A stretch of DNA of 64,000 nt from an uncultured delta proteobacterium (GTDB lineage Bacteria; Desulfobacterota; Binatia; Binatales; Binataceae), in NCBI GenBank assembly GCA_963765675.1, contig CAVXXK010000001.1:320001-384000 (forward strand). Reading direction: 5' to 3'. The stretch's first letter is position 1; the number at the start of each line of letters is the position of its first letter. The notes beneath the pieces were generated by a model. That model was not told where the DNA came from. It did not search any database and worked only from the letters and a program-made list of their open reading frames with translations. Made by a program: the position numbers and the translations under genes. Positions 39,120 to 50,213 of the stretch are shown here, piece after piece.

Positions 39120-41462
39120 GTGGCAAAAAACCTTGTTATCGTAGAATCTCCGGCCAAAGCCAAAACAATCAAGCGCTATTTGGGCTCGGCCTATGAAGTC
39201 ACATCGTCGGTGGGACACGTCGTCGATCTGCCCAAAAGCACCCTCGGCGTCGATTTGGAGCATGACTTCAAGCCCGAGTACCACGTGATTCCGGGCAAGG
39301 CCAAAGTTATCGAGGGAATCAAGAAATCCGCGCAAGGCAAGGAAAATATCTACCTGGCCTCGGACCCCGACCGCGAAGGGGAAGCGATCGCGTGGCATCT
39401 GAAGGAGCGGCTCGGCAAAGCGGCGGCGAGCAAGATTCATCGCGTGCTGTTGCATGAAATCACGTCCGACGCGGTCAAGGCCGCGATCGCGAACTGTGGC
39501 GACCTGGACGAAAACCTCTACGACGCGCAGCAGGCGCGCCGCGTGCTCGACCGTCTGGTCGGCTACCTGATAAGTCCGCTCCTGTGGGACAAGGTCAAAC
39601 GTGGAATCAGCGCGGGGCGGGTGCAGTCTCCAGCGCTCAGGATAATCGTCGAGCGCGAACGCGAGCGCGAGGCCTTTCGCGCCGAAGAATACTGGACCCT
39701 CGACGCGCGCCTGGCCGCGGCGAATCCGCCTCCATTCAAGGCGCGGCTCTATAGCTGGAAAGACCAGCGTATCGACAACAAAGCCTACAAGCTTCCAAAG
39801 GTTCAGGCTGACGAGATTATCGCGGCGGTCACCGACGCGCCGTTTATCATCCGCACGATCGAGCGCAAGGAGGTCCGCCGCAGTCCCGCTCCGCCGTTTA
39901 TCACCTCTCGCCTGCAGCAAGAGGCTTCGCGCAAGCTGTATTTCTCGCCCAAGCGGACGATGCAGATCGCGCAGCGTCTCTACGAAGGTATCGAGCTTGG
40001 CGCAGACGGCGCGATCGGGCTTATCACCTACATGCGTACCGATTCGGTGCGCGTCTCCGAAGTGGCGCTCGATTCCGTGCGCGGCCATATCGCGGGGCGT
40101 TACGGCAAGGAATATCTGCCCGACCGCGCGATTCATTATCGCACCAGCAAGGCCGCGCAGGACGCCCACGAGGCGATCCGCCCGACCGCGGTCGAGCGCG
40201 ATCCGGAGTCCGTGCGTCCGTACCTGGAGAAACCGGCCTACGATCTTTACAAGCTGATCTACGATCGCTTCGTTTCGAGCCAGATGAATCCCGCGGTTTA
40301 CGATCGCACCAGCGTCGATATCGACGCGGCCGCCGCCGTGTTCCGAGCTACAGGCCAGGTGATGAAGTTCGACGGCTTCATGCGCGTGTACCTCGAGGGC
40401 CAGGACGAACCCAGCGAGGACGATGAAGCCGCGGCGACTCTGCCCGCGATGACCGAGGGCGAGCGGCTGGCGCTCCAGGGCCTCGAGCCGGAGCAGCATT
40501 TCACGCAGCCTCCGCCGCGTTTCACCCAGGCGACTATCATCAAGGAGCTCGAAGAAAAGGGCATCGGGCGTCCGTCAACCTACGCGACGATCATGACCAG
40601 CCTGCTCAACCAGACCTACGTCGAAGAAGACGAGAGCAAGCGCCTTCGTCCGACCAGTCTCGGCCGCACGGTGGCTGACCTGCTGGTGGCGGCCTTCCCG
40701 GATATCATCGAGGTCGGATTCACGGCCGCGATGGAAGAAGACCTGGACAAGGTCGAAGAGGGCAAGGAGAACTGGGTCAAGACGCTCAAGCGGTTCTACG
40801 TCCCATTCAAAAAACGCCTGGGCGAAGCCAAAAAGACGATGCCCGAGGTCAAGCGCAAGGGTCTTCCGACCGGACTCAAGTGCGAGCTCGATGGCGGCGA
40901 CATGGTTATCAAATGGGGGCGCAACGGCGAGTTCCTTGCCTGCTCGAACTATCCAGCGTGCAAGAATACAAAAGAATTCTCGCGTGACGAACAGGGCGGA
41001 ATCCACGAGCGCGAATCAACGCCGCTGGCCGCGACCGACGAGGTCTGCGACAAGTGCGGCAAGCCGATGGTGCGCAAACGCTCGCGCTTCGGCGAGTTCC
41101 TGGGATGCAGCGGCTATCCGGACTGCGATGGAATCAAGCGGCTGCAATCGCCGCCGGTGAAAACCGGAGTCGCCTGCCCGGAATGCAAAGAAGGCGAGAT
41201 CCTGGAGCGCCGCAGCCGCCGCGGCAAGCTGTTCTTCGGATGCGGCCGCTATCCGAAGTGCAAGTTTGCGGCGTGGGATAAAGTCCTGCCTCATCCCTGC
41301 CCTTCATGCGGGGCGAACTACCTGGTCGAGAAGACCACCAAGCGCGAGGGCACGGTCTGGAAGTGCGCCAACGCAGAGTGCGGCTACAAAGCTCCCGCTC
41401 CGGCGGCATCGCCCGAGACGCCCAACGCCTCGCCGCCAGCATCCGCTCCGCACATCGCATAG
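39120..41462 (+). CDS. topA: DNA topoisomerase I
   Basis: LVIVESPAKAK, DPDREGE, SAGRVQ, ITYMRTDS, C-terminal zinc ribbons. Confidence 0.97.
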   Translation: MAKNLVIVESPAKAKTIKRYLGSAYEVTSSVGHVVDLPKSTLGVDLEHDFKPEYHVIPGKAKVIEGIKKSAQGKENIYLASDPDREGEAIAWHLKERLGKAAASKIHRVLLHEITSDAVKAAIANCGDLDENLYDAQQARRVLDRLVGYLISPLLWDKVKRGISAGRVQSPALRIIVEREREREAFRAEEYWTLDARLAAANPPPFKARLYSWKDQRIDNKAYKLPKVQADEIIAAVTDAPFIIRTIERKEVRRSPAPPFITSRLQQEASRKLYFSPKRTMQIAQRLYEGIELGADGAIGLITYMRTDSVRVSEVALDSVRGHIAGRYGKEYLPDRAIHYRTSKAAQDAHEAIRPTAVERDPESVRPYLEKPAYDLYKLIYDRFVSSQMNPAVYDRTSVDIDAAAAVFRATGQVMKFDGFMRVYLEGQDEPSEDDEAAATLPAMTEGERLALQGLEPEQHFTQPPPRFTQATIIKELEEKGIGRPSTYATIMTSLLNQTYVEEDESKRLRPTSLGRTVADLLVAAFPDIIEVGFTAAMEEDLDKVEEGKENWVKTLKRFYVPFKKRLGEAKKTMPEVKRKGLPTGLKCELDGGDMVIKWGRNGEFLACSNYPACKNTKEFSRDEQGGIHERESTPLAATDEVCDKCGKPMVRKRSRFGEFLGCSGYPDCDGIKRLQSPPVKTGVACPECKEGEILERRSRRGKLFFGCGRYPKCKFAAWDKVLPHPCPSCGANYLVEKTTKREGTVWKCANAECGYKAPAPAASPETPNASPPASAPHIA

Positions 41463-41589
41463 GTCCGGGCCGCCATCCCTCCCCTGGCTCCGAGTTCTCT
41501 ATTCAGCATGGCGCGCCAGCCACTCTAGCTACAGGATTTCGGCACCCATACCTGATGCCGCTCTTTTGACAGGGTGCGCGCCCGGAGCA

Positions 41590-41618
41590 TTCAGATTTTT
41601 GTTGCGAGCAGTCATAAT
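41590..41618 (+). promoter_or_regulatory. Possible sigma70 promoter TTCAGA-N17-CATAAT
   Basis: Consensus match with 17-nt spacing upstream of the ORF at 41667. Confidence 0.35.
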
Positions 41619-41666
41619 GCTCCGCGTCGGCGTGGCGGAAATGAATCCGCGCAGCGACGGGGGGTT

Positions 41667-42674
41667 ATGAACCAGGCAAGATATATCTCGCTATGGCTGA
41701 TGCTCATGTTGGCTGCGTTGATCTTTGCCAACGCTGGATGCGGCAGCGGATCGTCGTCGTCCGCGCCGTCGCCCTTAGCCAATCGGCGCTTCAAAACAGG
41801 CGGAATTTATCCAGAGGGAATCGGGATTGACGCCACCGACCACGTCTGGATCGCGAACCGATACAGCAACAATGTCGTCGAACTGAGCAGCGACGGCGAG
41901 ATCCTGAACACCGTAGCAGTCGGCGCTCGCCCGCACGGACTCAAAATCGATCGCGGCAACACCGAGAACATCTGGGTGCAGAATACCGCGAGCAACGATG
42001 TCACCGCGCTCACGCCGGACGGATCGGTGATCGGAACCTTCTCAACCGGGGGCACCGAACCGCAGCATGCCCAATTCGATCCCGGCGGAAATATCTGGGT
42101 GACCAACCAGGGTAGCAACACGGTCGCCGAGCTCGACGCGTCCGGCGCGATCGTCCAGCAGGTGAACGTCGGTCAGAACCCGCACGCAATCGCTCGCGAC
42201 TCGGACGGCAATTTCTGGATTGGCAACTACTCGAGCGGCAATATCACCGTGCTCGACGCGAGCGGAGGCGTCGTCACGACGATCGACGGAGTTGGTTATC
42301 AGCCGAGCGGCAACGCTATCGATCTGGACCAAAACCTGTGGCAATCCGTTCAAAGTGTCAACCAGGTGGTGCAGTTCGCCGCTGCGCCCGGGTTCAATCA
42401 GATTGCCAATCCGCCGGTCGGCATCGCCCCGCGCGGAGTTACGATCGACAACGTGGGCGACGTGTTTGTCGCCAATCAGCGAACCAACGATGTGTACAAG
42501 CTCGATAAGTCGGGCAGCCTGCTGGCGCGTTACAGAGTCGGCGCTTGTCCTGAAAACATGGCGATCGATTCCAAGGGCAATCTCTGGGTTACGGACGCGT
42601 GCGACAATACCGTTACGCGGCTGAGGCGGGTCGCCGTGCCGATCCCGTCCGGCGACGGCGACTCCAACGGCTGA
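41667..42674 (+). CDS. Lipoprotein with NHL/Vgb-like beta-propeller repeats
   Basis: Lipobox NAGC, Ser linker, about seven P.GI.ID..GN.WV.N repeats. Confidence 0.8.
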   Translation: MNQARYISLWLMLMLAALIFANAGCGSGSSSSAPSPLANRRFKTGGIYPEGIGIDATDHVWIANRYSNNVVELSSDGEILNTVAVGARPHGLKIDRGNTENIWVQNTASNDVTALTPDGSVIGTFSTGGTEPQHAQFDPGGNIWVTNQGSNTVAELDASGAIVQQVNVGQNPHAIARDSDGNFWIGNYSSGNITVLDASGGVVTTIDGVGYQPSGNAIDLDQNLWQSVQSVNQVVQFAAAPGFNQIANPPVGIAPRGVTIDNVGDVFVANQRTNDVYKLDKSGSLLARYRVGACPENMAIDSKGNLWVTDACDNTVTRLRRVAVPIPSGDGDSNG

Positions 42675-42684
42675 TCCGTTCTCC

Positions 42685-43698
42685 ATGTCCGAATCCAACC
42701 GAGTCTTCATCCGTATTGCGCGCGCGATCGCTCGCGTATCGATTCTGCTCGGCACAGTGAGTATCGGTGCCGCACTGATATTCGCGCCGGCGCCTGCGCA
42801 CGGCCGGATACGCCACAAGCCACGTCCTACTGCGACGGCGCGGCCCACGGGTCCGGTGCTCGAATCCGAAACCCAGGTCCTTGCGTACGACGTGTCGATC
42901 TATCGCGACGAGCACGGATGCGGCGGTGCGTACTTCGAGATCAAGCGCGGATATCATCTCGAATACACCAGCCGTCCGCTGTGCGACGCAGCCCTGCGAG
43001 TGGGCGCGCTCGCGCCTGACGACCCCGATGAACGTTTCCTTGCGCCCGGGCACGACCTGACCGGCGACGGCCGTCCCGACCTGGTCGTCACGGGATACAC
43101 GCCGGGCGCAAGCTGCTGCCTGACGTTCTATATGTTCGAACTGGAACCGAAATTCCGCGCGCTGGGAAAAGTCCAGTTGCGTAACGACGACCCGCAAAGC
43201 CCGCACTTCGTGCGGCTGGGAAACGACGGCGTGCAGATCGTGTTGCACGACTGGACTTTTGGCGGATGGCACACCGACTTCGCCGCCTCTCCGGCGCCGC
43301 TCGTGATCCTCGGGTATCGTGACGGCAGATGGCGGGTCGCTGCCGACCTGATGCGCCAGCCCGCGCCAAGTGCGCCGCAGCTCGAGAGCAGCGCCAACAA
43401 CACGCGCGTCGACGCGATGGCGGCGAATTACAACGATCCGTTTCGGATCTGGCCCGATGCGAAAATCCCGAGCGAGCTATGGGGCCACATGCTGACCCTG
43501 ATCTATACGGGGCATCCGGATCTGGCATCGAAGTTTGCCGATCTGGCATGGCCGGCGCGGATTCACGGCGAGGATCGTTTTCTCGCGGAGTTTCGCGCGC
43601 AACTCGCGCGCAGTCCGTATTGGACGGGAATCAAGGCGATCGCCGCGACCCCCACTGCAACGCCCACAGCGACACCGACGCCTGCCCCCGCACTATAA
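42685..43698 (+). CDS. Exported hypothetical protein with a C-terminal PT repeat
   Basis: Signal peptide, DLTGDGRPDLVV loop, ATPTATPTATP tail. Confidence 0.7.
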   Translation: MSESNRVFIRIARAIARVSILLGTVSIGAALIFAPAPAHGRIRHKPRPTATARPTGPVLESETQVLAYDVSIYRDEHGCGGAYFEIKRGYHLEYTSRPLCDAALRVGALAPDDPDERFLAPGHDLTGDGRPDLVVTGYTPGASCCLTFYMFELEPKFRALGKVQLRNDDPQSPHFVRLGNDGVQIVLHDWTFGGWHTDFAASPAPLVILGYRDGRWRVAADLMRQPAPSAPQLESSANNTRVDAMAANYNDPFRIWPDAKIPSELWGHMLTLIYTGHPDLASKFADLAWPARIHGEDRFLAEFRAQLARSPYWTGIKAIAATPTATPTATPTPAPAL

Positions 43699-43726
43699 TT
43701 CGCGGGGTCGCGCGAAAATTGCGAAA

Positions 43727-43755
43727 CGGCCGCCGCGAAGTTTTCGCGGCGGCCG
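43727..43755. terminator. GC-rich hairpin between convergent genes
   Basis: CGGCCGCCGCGAA-gtt-TTCGCGGCGGCCG; no strong U tract. Confidence 0.45.
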
Positions 43756-43785
43756 CTCGCTTACGATCAATGATGCGTTAGCCGG

Positions 43786-44391
43786 CTATTTCATCGCGCT
43801 CGCTTTCTGAAAGGATGGCCGTGCAAGGCAGGTATCGAGCCACGCCTTGGCGGTCGAGGTGCTGGAAAGATCGTGCTGCGCAAACGCCGCCATGCTCAGC
43901 ACTGAAGCCGCATTAAGGTCGGCGATCGTGAAGTCATTGCCGAGCAGATACGCGTGGCGCTTCAGATGCGCGTCAAGCACGGCCATCGGCGCGCCGAGCG
44001 CACCCGCGGCGTCCGCGAGCGCTTTTGCGCTGCGCTGCTCGGCGGGCAGAAACAGCTTTTGCCCCAGGATCGTGATCAAAGGTGGTTCGAGCTCGGTCAT
44101 CGCCCAGAAGCTCCACTGGAAGGTGTGTCCGCGATCGGCAACCGACGCGGGCCAAAACGGCGTTTTTCCGTACTTCTCGGCGAGATAGAGATTTATTGCC
44201 ATCGATTCCCAGAAATAATGGCCGCCGTCCTCGAGGACGGGGATGTGGCCGTTGGGATTGCGCTTTAGATGTTCGGGGGTGCGGGTTTCCGGGACGGCGG
44301 TTGGGACGTGATCATATTTGACGCCGAGTTCTTCGAGCGCCCAAAGGGATCGCGGGGCACGCGATTGCGAAGTGCCATAGAGGGTGGTCAT
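43786..44391 (-). CDS. Glutathione S-transferase family protein
   Basis: SRA..WALEELG, NPNGHIPVL, WESMAINLYL, YLLGNDFTIADL; GGAGG RBS. Confidence 0.92.
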   Translation of the reverse strand: MTTLYGTSQSRAPRSLWALEELGVKYDHVPTAVPETRTPEHLKRNPNGHIPVLEDGGHYFWESMAINLYLAEKYGKTPFWPASVADRGHTFQWSFWAMTELEPPLITILGQKLFLPAEQRSAKALADAAGALGAPMAVLDAHLKRHAYLLGNDFTIADLNAASVLSMAAFAQHDLSSTSTAKAWLDTCLARPSFQKASAMK

Positions 44392-44479
44392 CGTGGGTAC
44401 CTCCAGAAGGTTGCGAATTGCAACTACTTCTATAGCGCGGACGCGCGGTGGCGACAAATGCATCGCGCGCGGCAGCGAA

Positions 44480-44737
44480 TCATCCGCCGGTCAGCGCGCC
44501 GACGATCTGCACTTCATCAGTCGGCGCCAGCGTGGTCGCGAGCGTGTTCACGGCCTCGCCGTTTACGAAAATCCGGATATGGCGTCGAACGCGATCCTGC
44601 TCGTCGATAATCCGAAAGCGGATTCCTGGAAATTGCGCGTCGAGGTTTTGCGTCAGCTCCTCGAGCGTGCGCCCCGCGCCCTCAACCTCCGCCGCGTGCG
44701 TGTAAGAGCGAAGCTGGCTTGGAATCAGCACGCGCAT
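44480..44737 (-). CDS. MoaD/ThiS family ubiquitin-like protein
   Basis: IPSQLR, FPGI, IFVNG, C-terminal GG. Confidence 0.88.
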   Translation of the reverse strand: MRVLIPSQLRSYTHAAEVEGAGRTLEELTQNLDAQFPGIRFRIIDEQDRVRRHIRIFVNGEAVNTLATTLAPTDEVQIVGALTGG

Positions 44738-45951
44738 CACGCAACCGTTGCGGCGGCAACGGAGTAGATCTCCGGCAGATGCGCCGCGAGCTGACGCCAT
44801 CGGCGGCCTTCGTCGATACTGGCCCATAGCTCGCCGCAGGTGGTTCCAAAGTAAAGCCCCAGAGGATCGCGATCGTCGGCGCAAAAGCCCTGCCGCTTCA
44901 CCGTCATCCATCCTTGCGCGCGCGGGAGCCCGCGGTCTTGTCGCTCCCAAGACTCACCCGCGTCGCGTGTGAGATAAACCGCCGGACGTCCTCCCGGGCT
45001 GGTGCGCGGCCATACGGTGGTGCCGTCCATCGGAAAAACCCACGCGCGTTCGGGATCGCGGGGATGCAGCACGATCGGGAATCCGATATCGCCGATCTCC
45101 TCCGGCATGTTGCGTCCGATCCGAACCCATTCGTCGCCCGGACGGTCGAGCCGGTAGATCCCGCAGTGGCTCTGTTGGTAGAGACGATCGGGCGCGAGCG
45201 GATGCATCTGCAGACAGTGAGTATCCTGCCCAAACTCGGGATTGGAGTTGGGCAGAAAGAGCGCCTCGACGTTTTTGTTGAGCGGACGCCACGACGCCGC
45301 ATGGTCGTGCGATTCAAACACTCCGCCCTCGGACGTGACGACATACATGTGCGCCGCGTCGCGCGGATCGATCGTGACCCATTGCAGGATCGATCCGTCG
45401 GGCGTGCCCGCGTCAGGATTGTTCCACTGCCAGTACATCGGATGCTCATTCCATCCTGCGATCGGCGTCCAGGTCACGCCCGCGTCTTCACTGCGGAACA
45501 GGCCCGGCGGGCAGGTGGTCGCGTACCATGCGTTGGGTTCGCTCGGATGCGCGGGCGCGAGCGAGAATGTGTAGTCCACCGCGAGCGCGCGGGCGCCCTC
45601 AGGCGCTTTGGGAAACGCGGGAGGGCGGGACGCCTCGGTCCAGGTTCGGCCCATATCGGTCGAGCGGAAAATCGTGGGGCCCAGATGCCCGGTCTTCGAC
45701 GCCATGAGCATCGTCGCGCCGTCCCTTGGATCGAGCATCAAATGATTAACGATATGACCCAGGAAATGCGGCCCGTCGATGGTCCATTTGCGCCGCTGCG
45801 GATCGGAATGAAAGAGCCACGCACCCTTGCGCGTGCCAACCATCAGAAGTGTCCTGCCGGCCGCCGCGCGATTCTTCGCACGCGCACGCACGCGTCGAGC
45901 ACGAGCAACTGGCGACTTTGTCGCGATGCGTCCAGCGGGCTTGCGCTTCAT
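44737..45951 (-). CDS. BNR/Asp-box repeat beta-propeller protein (sialidase-like)
   Basis: VGTRKG start, repeated S.D.G.TW Asp-boxes, QQSHCG, GFPI. Confidence 0.85.
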   Translation of the reverse strand: MKRKPAGRIATKSPVARARRVRARAKNRAAAGRTLLMVGTRKGAWLFHSDPQRRKWTIDGPHFLGHIVNHLMLDPRDGATMLMASKTGHLGPTIFRSTDMGRTWTEASRPPAFPKAPEGARALAVDYTFSLAPAHPSEPNAWYATTCPPGLFRSEDAGVTWTPIAGWNEHPMYWQWNNPDAGTPDGSILQWVTIDPRDAAHMYVVTSEGGVFESHDHAASWRPLNKNVEALFLPNSNPEFGQDTHCLQMHPLAPDRLYQQSHCGIYRLDRPGDEWVRIGRNMPEEIGDIGFPIVLHPRDPERAWVFPMDGTTVWPRTSPGGRPAVYLTRDAGESWERQDRGLPRAQGWMTVKRQGFCADDRDPLGLYFGTTCGELWASIDEGRRWRQLAAHLPEIYSVAAATVA

Positions 45952-46109
45952 CTCGATACCTCCTGCCCGGTCTCATCGGCGCAGCAAAGAATCATGCGAA
46001 AACGGATGCTAGTGTCCTCGCACATCAAGGGCAATGGCGACGGCGCAGTCCACCGCTGTGGCGATGGTTTACAGCCGCGCACAAACGGGGCACGATCGCG
46101 ATGCCTGCA

Positions 46110-47456
46110 ATGTCAGATCAAGTTGTAACCGTAATTGGCGCGGGGCTCGCCGGCAGCGAAGCCGCATGGCAACTCGCGCGGCGCGGATGCCGCGTGCGGC
46201 TGGTCGAGATGCGCCCGGTCAAGATGACCGAAGCGCATCAGACGGCAAACTTCGCCGAGCTGGTGTGCTCGAACTCATTGCGCAACGCGGGACTCGAGAC
46301 GGCGGTCGGGGTGCTCAAGGAAGAGATGCGCCGGCTCGGGTCGATCATTATCGCGGCGGCGGATCGGGCGCGCGTTCCCGCGGGATCGGCGCTGGCGGTC
46401 GACCGCGAAGATTTCTCGGGCTTCATCACCGCGACACTTTGCGCGCATCCGCTGATCGAGATCGTGCGCGCCGAGGCCGCGGCGATTCCGGCAGGACCCG
46501 CAATCGTCGCGAGCGGTCCTCTCACCAGCGACGCACTCGGCGACGCACTGAGCGCGATCATCGGGCCGCGCAATCTGTACTTTTACGACGCGATCGCGCC
46601 GATTGTCGCTGCCGATTCGATTGACATGAGTGTCGCGTTCCGCGCCTCTCGCTACGGACGCGGCGGCGACGATTACATCAACTGCCCCATGACCGAGAAC
46701 GAGTACCACGCGTTTATCGACGCGGTCGTCGCAGCGGAAAAGATTACGTTGCATCCGTTCGAGAAGCCGGTTTACTTCGAGGGCTGCATGCCGATCGAGG
46801 AGATGGCGCGGCGCGGGCCGATGACGCTGGCGTTCGGGCCGATGCGCCCGGTGGGACTTTCCGATCCTCGCACCGGAGCGCGGCCGTTCGCGGTGGTGCA
46901 ACTGCGCCAGGACGATCACGCGGGACGCATCTACAATATCGTAGGCTTTCAAACCAAGATGACCTACCCAGAGCAGCGCCGCGTATTGCGGATGATTCCG
47001 GGGCTCGCGCGCGCCGAGTTCGTGCGCCTGGGCTCGCTGCATCGCAACACCTTTATCGATTCGCCGCGCCTGCTGTATCCGACGCTGCAACTGCGCGCGC
47101 GCGGGGATTTGTTTCTTGCGGGACAGATGATCGGCGTCGAAGGCTACGTGGAATCCGCCGCGGCCGGACTTCTCGCCGCAATTAACGCGGCGCGGCTGGT
47201 CGCGAATCGTCCGCTCGTCGTGCCGCCGCGCGAGACCGCGCTCGGCTCGCTGGTCGCATACGTGACCGACGCTTCGCGCATCGATTTTCAGCCGATGAAC
47301 GCCAACTACGGACTGATGCCCGAGCTGAGTTTCCGCGCGCGCGCCCGCGAGAAAAAAATTGCGATGGGCGAGCGCGCGCTTACGGCAATCGACCAATGGA
47401 TCGCGGCGCACGCGCTGGAGCCACGCGACCATGAACCCGCGGCGAGTGTGCTATGA
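46110..47456 (+). CDS. trmFO: Folate/FAD-dependent tRNA (U54)-methyltransferase
   Basis: [48 protein letters not shown]. Confidence 0.96.
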   Translation: MSDQVVTVIGAGLAGSEAAWQLARRGCRVRLVEMRPVKMTEAHQTANFAELVCSNSLRNAGLETAVGVLKEEMRRLGSIIIAAADRARVPAGSALAVDREDFSGFITATLCAHPLIEIVRAEAAAIPAGPAIVASGPLTSDALGDALSAIIGPRNLYFYDAIAPIVAADSIDMSVAFRASRYGRGGDDYINCPMTENEYHAFIDAVVAAEKITLHPFEKPVYFEGCMPIEEMARRGPMTLAFGPMRPVGLSDPRTGARPFAVVQLRQDDHAGRIYNIVGFQTKMTYPEQRRVLRMIPGLARAEFVRLGSLHRNTFIDSPRLLYPTLQLRARGDLFLAGQMIGVEGYVESAAAGLLAAINAARLVANRPLVVPPRETALGSLVAYVTDASRIDFQPMNANYGLMPELSFRARAREKKIAMGERALTAIDQWIAAHALEPRDHEPAASVL

Positions 47457-48382
47457 AGCTCGGCGCATTCGACGTAGGCACCAATACGGTCTTGATGCTG
47501 GCGGTCGAGATCGACGGCTCGGCGCCGCCGCGAGCGCTCCTGGAGTGTTCGCGAATCACCCGGCTCGGCCGCGGGTTGGACAAGAGCGGCCATCTCGATC
47601 CCGCCTCCGCCGCGCTCACTTTGGCCGCGATCGAGGAATTCGCCGCGCGCGGACGTGCACTCGGCGTCGAGCGCTTTGTCGCCGCCGGCACCGCCTCTTT
47701 GCGCGACGCGACCGACGGTCCCGCGTTTATCGCGCGAGTGCGAGAGCGCGCGGGCGTCGAGCTCCAAACAATCTCCGGCCTTGAAGAAGCGAGCCTGTCG
47801 CATCTGGCGGTAACTCACGGGCTCGCGATCGATCCCGCGCTTCCGATCCTGATCGTCGACATCGGCGGCGGCTCGACCGAGTTGATTCGCGCCGAGCCCG
47901 GACATCCGCTCGAAATGGTGAGCCTGCAAATCGGCTCGGTCAGGATGACCGAACGCTACATCCACAGCGATCCGCCGTCCGCCGAGGATGTGCGCGCGCT
48001 CATCGGCGCGATCGACTCCGCGATCGACGCGGAGAAGTGGAATTTCCACCCGGCGAAGATGGTCGGGATCGCGGGCACCGTCACTACGATTTGCGCCGTC
48101 GCGCTCGCGATGAAGGAGTACGACGCAACAGTTGTGCATGGCCACGTGCTTGCGCGCGCCGAGGTCGAGCGCGTGGTCGAGTTGTTTCGATCGCGTCCGC
48201 TCGCCGAACGGCGCAAACTGCCGGGCCTGCTCGAGGGTCGCGCCGACGTGATTTACGCGGGCGCGATGATCTTGCTGCGCCTGATGAATCGCTTCGGCGC
48301 AAGCGAGGTAATCGTCAGCGACCAGGGCGTGCGCTGGGGTCTCGTCTGGCGGGAGGCCGAGCGGATACGCACGGGGGGCTGA
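47453..48382 (+). CDS. ppx: Ppx/GppA family exopolyphosphatase (short form)
   Basis: [30 protein letters not shown]. Confidence 0.88.
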   Translation: MKLGAFDVGTNTVLMLAVEIDGSAPPRALLECSRITRLGRGLDKSGHLDPASAALTLAAIEEFAARGRALGVERFVAAGTASLRDATDGPAFIARVRERAGVELQTISGLEEASLSHLAVTHGLAIDPALPILIVDIGGGSTELIRAEPGHPLEMVSLQIGSVRMTERYIHSDPPSAEDVRALIGAIDSAIDAEKWNFHPAKMVGIAGTVTTICAVALAMKEYDATVVHGHVLARAEVERVVELFRSRPLAERRKLPGLLEGRADVIYAGAMILLRLMNRFGASEVIVSDQGVRWGLVWREAERIRTGG

Positions 48383-48462
48383 GCGCTGCCCAGGTTTTGG
48401 CCGCACGCAATGTTTGCCCCTGGGCGGGTTCTGCCATAGTGATCACGCGGGAGGAACCGGCG

Positions 48463-48732
48463 ATGACCAAGGCGGAGTTGATCGATTCCGTGGCGCGGGT
48501 ATCGCGCCAGCCACGAAAATCCGTCGAGACGACGATCGACCTTGCGTTCGAGCAGATTGCGCGGTCGATCCGGCGCGATAAACGCTTCTGGGTGCCGGGC
48601 TTCGGCACCTTCACGGTTCGGCGTCATCGCTCGCGCACGGGATACAATCCGCGCACCAAATCCGCAATGACGATTCCCGCGATGCGCACGGTCGGTTTCC
48701 GCGCCGCACCACAACTGAAAAAAGGGCTCTGA
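48463..48732 (+). CDS. HU family DNA-binding protein
   Basis: MTKAELI, GFGTF, GYNPRT; GGAGG RBS. Confidence 0.92.
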   Translation: MTKAELIDSVARVSRQPRKSVETTIDLAFEQIARSIRRDKRFWVPGFGTFTVRRHRSRTGYNPRTKSAMTIPAMRTVGFRAAPQLKKGL

Positions 48733-48783
48733 CCAGATCGGCGAATCCGCCCGGACCGATTTGTTCGCGCTCAAATTCTTGAC

Positions 48784-50181
48784 ATGCCCAGGCTCTGGCT
48801 GGTGATTCTGATTCTCGCGCTGGCCGCAGGAGCGGTTTTGCGCTTCGCCAATCTGGGCGGCAACGAGATGTCCGCTGACGAGGCCGCGACTTGGGCGGCC
48901 GCGGCGGCACCGAGCGTGTCGCAAGTCATCGCGCTCGGCGAGCAGCTCAATCCTGGAAAGATCGCCGCGCACGAGGTTCTGTTGCATGGCTGGATCGCGA
49001 TGTTCGGCGACGGAATCGTCGCGTTGCGTGCGCTGTCCGCGCTTTTCGGCACTCTCGCGATCCTGCTGGTGTTCTGGGTTGCGCGCGAGTTGCTGATCGC
49101 ATCCCCTCTCCACAGCGCCGCACCCGGTTTGCCTGATGCCGAGGCATACCTGGCTGCGGCGATTGCCGCGCTGATATTCGCGGTCAGCCTGGTGATGCTC
49201 AAATATTCGCGGGAGCTGCGGATGTACTCGATGATGCTGGCGATCCTGCTCGCGCAATTGGGCTTCTTCATTCGCGCGTCGCGCCGGGGCGGGATCGGCA
49301 ACTATATCGGCGCTGGAGCCTTTGCCGGCGCGGCGGTGACCGTCAACTTTTTCGCGATCCTGATCCCTGCGTCCGAGGCGATTTGGCTCGTGTATCTGCT
49401 GGCGCGCTCTGGCTTCAGGCCTGTAGCCGCCGAGTCGCGGCGCGCGTGGGCAATCGCGATCGCGCTGGCGATCGCGGGCGGGGTCTTCGCGCCGCTGACG
49501 CTTTTGGAGTTGCGCAACGGTGGCGCGGCGGTAGATCGCGGGATGCTCCAATGGATCGGACGGCCTGCGTTGTGGGAGCCAATCTCGCTGTTCAACAAGG
49601 CCGCGGGCAGCTTCACGTTCCCACTCCTCGCCGTGCTGGCGGCCTACGGCGCGATTCGCGGATGGAGGACCGCGCGCGACGCCGTCGCCTTCGCGCTGGT
49701 GTGGATGTGGGCGCCTGTTGTCCTGATGATGATCGCGTCGTACGCCGTGGCCCCCGTGCTGGTTGAACGTTACGTGCTGTCGTGTTTCGTGCCGCTATTC
49801 TTTCTCGCTGCGATCGGCGTCTGTGAACTCCGCACCGGCGTCGCGCGCGGCGCCGTGATTGCCGCAGTAGTCGCGCTGTCGCTCGGACACGTCTGGAGCT
49901 ACGCGAGCAAGCCGCACGACATCCAGTGGCGCGAGGCAACCGCGATCGCGCTCAAGAGTCTCGCGCCTGGCGCCACGATAAGCGCGCGGCCCGCGTATGC
50001 GGTCGAGGTCGTGCGCTACTACCTGCCACCGTCAGAGCGCGAACGCGCACAGCGAAAAGGTAATCCCGCGGTCGTGCTGCTCGAGGATCGTTCTGGCAGC
50101 GCCAGGCAGCACTCGGGCTTGCGTCGGGATTTTCCCGTGACAATCGCACGACTGCGCGGTGTGATGGTCCTCAAGCAATGA
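48784..50181 (+). CDS. GT-C glycosyltransferase (GT39/PMT/ArnT-like)
   Basis: LRF..L..DE motif after TM1, LRALSALFG, YSRELRMY, ERY, many TM helices. Confidence 0.8.
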   Translation: MPRLWLVILILALAAGAVLRFANLGGNEMSADEAATWAAAAAPSVSQVIALGEQLNPGKIAAHEVLLHGWIAMFGDGIVALRALSALFGTLAILLVFWVARELLIASPLHSAAPGLPDAEAYLAAAIAALIFAVSLVMLKYSRELRMYSMMLAILLAQLGFFIRASRRGGIGNYIGAGAFAGAAVTVNFFAILIPASEAIWLVYLLARSGFRPVAAESRRAWAIAIALAIAGGVFAPLTLLELRNGGAAVDRGMLQWIGRPALWEPISLFNKAAGSFTFPLLAVLAAYGAIRGWRTARDAVAFALVWMWAPVVLMMIASYAVAPVLVERYVLSCFVPLFFLAAIGVCELRTGVARGAVIAAVVALSLGHVWSYASKPHDIQWREATAIALKSLAPGATISARPAYAVEVVRYYLPPSERERAQRKGNPAVVLLEDRSGSARQHSGLRRDFPVTIARLRGVMVLKQ

Positions 50182-50213
50182 TATAAATCGGACAGGCTCG
50201 AAGGAGTAACAAG

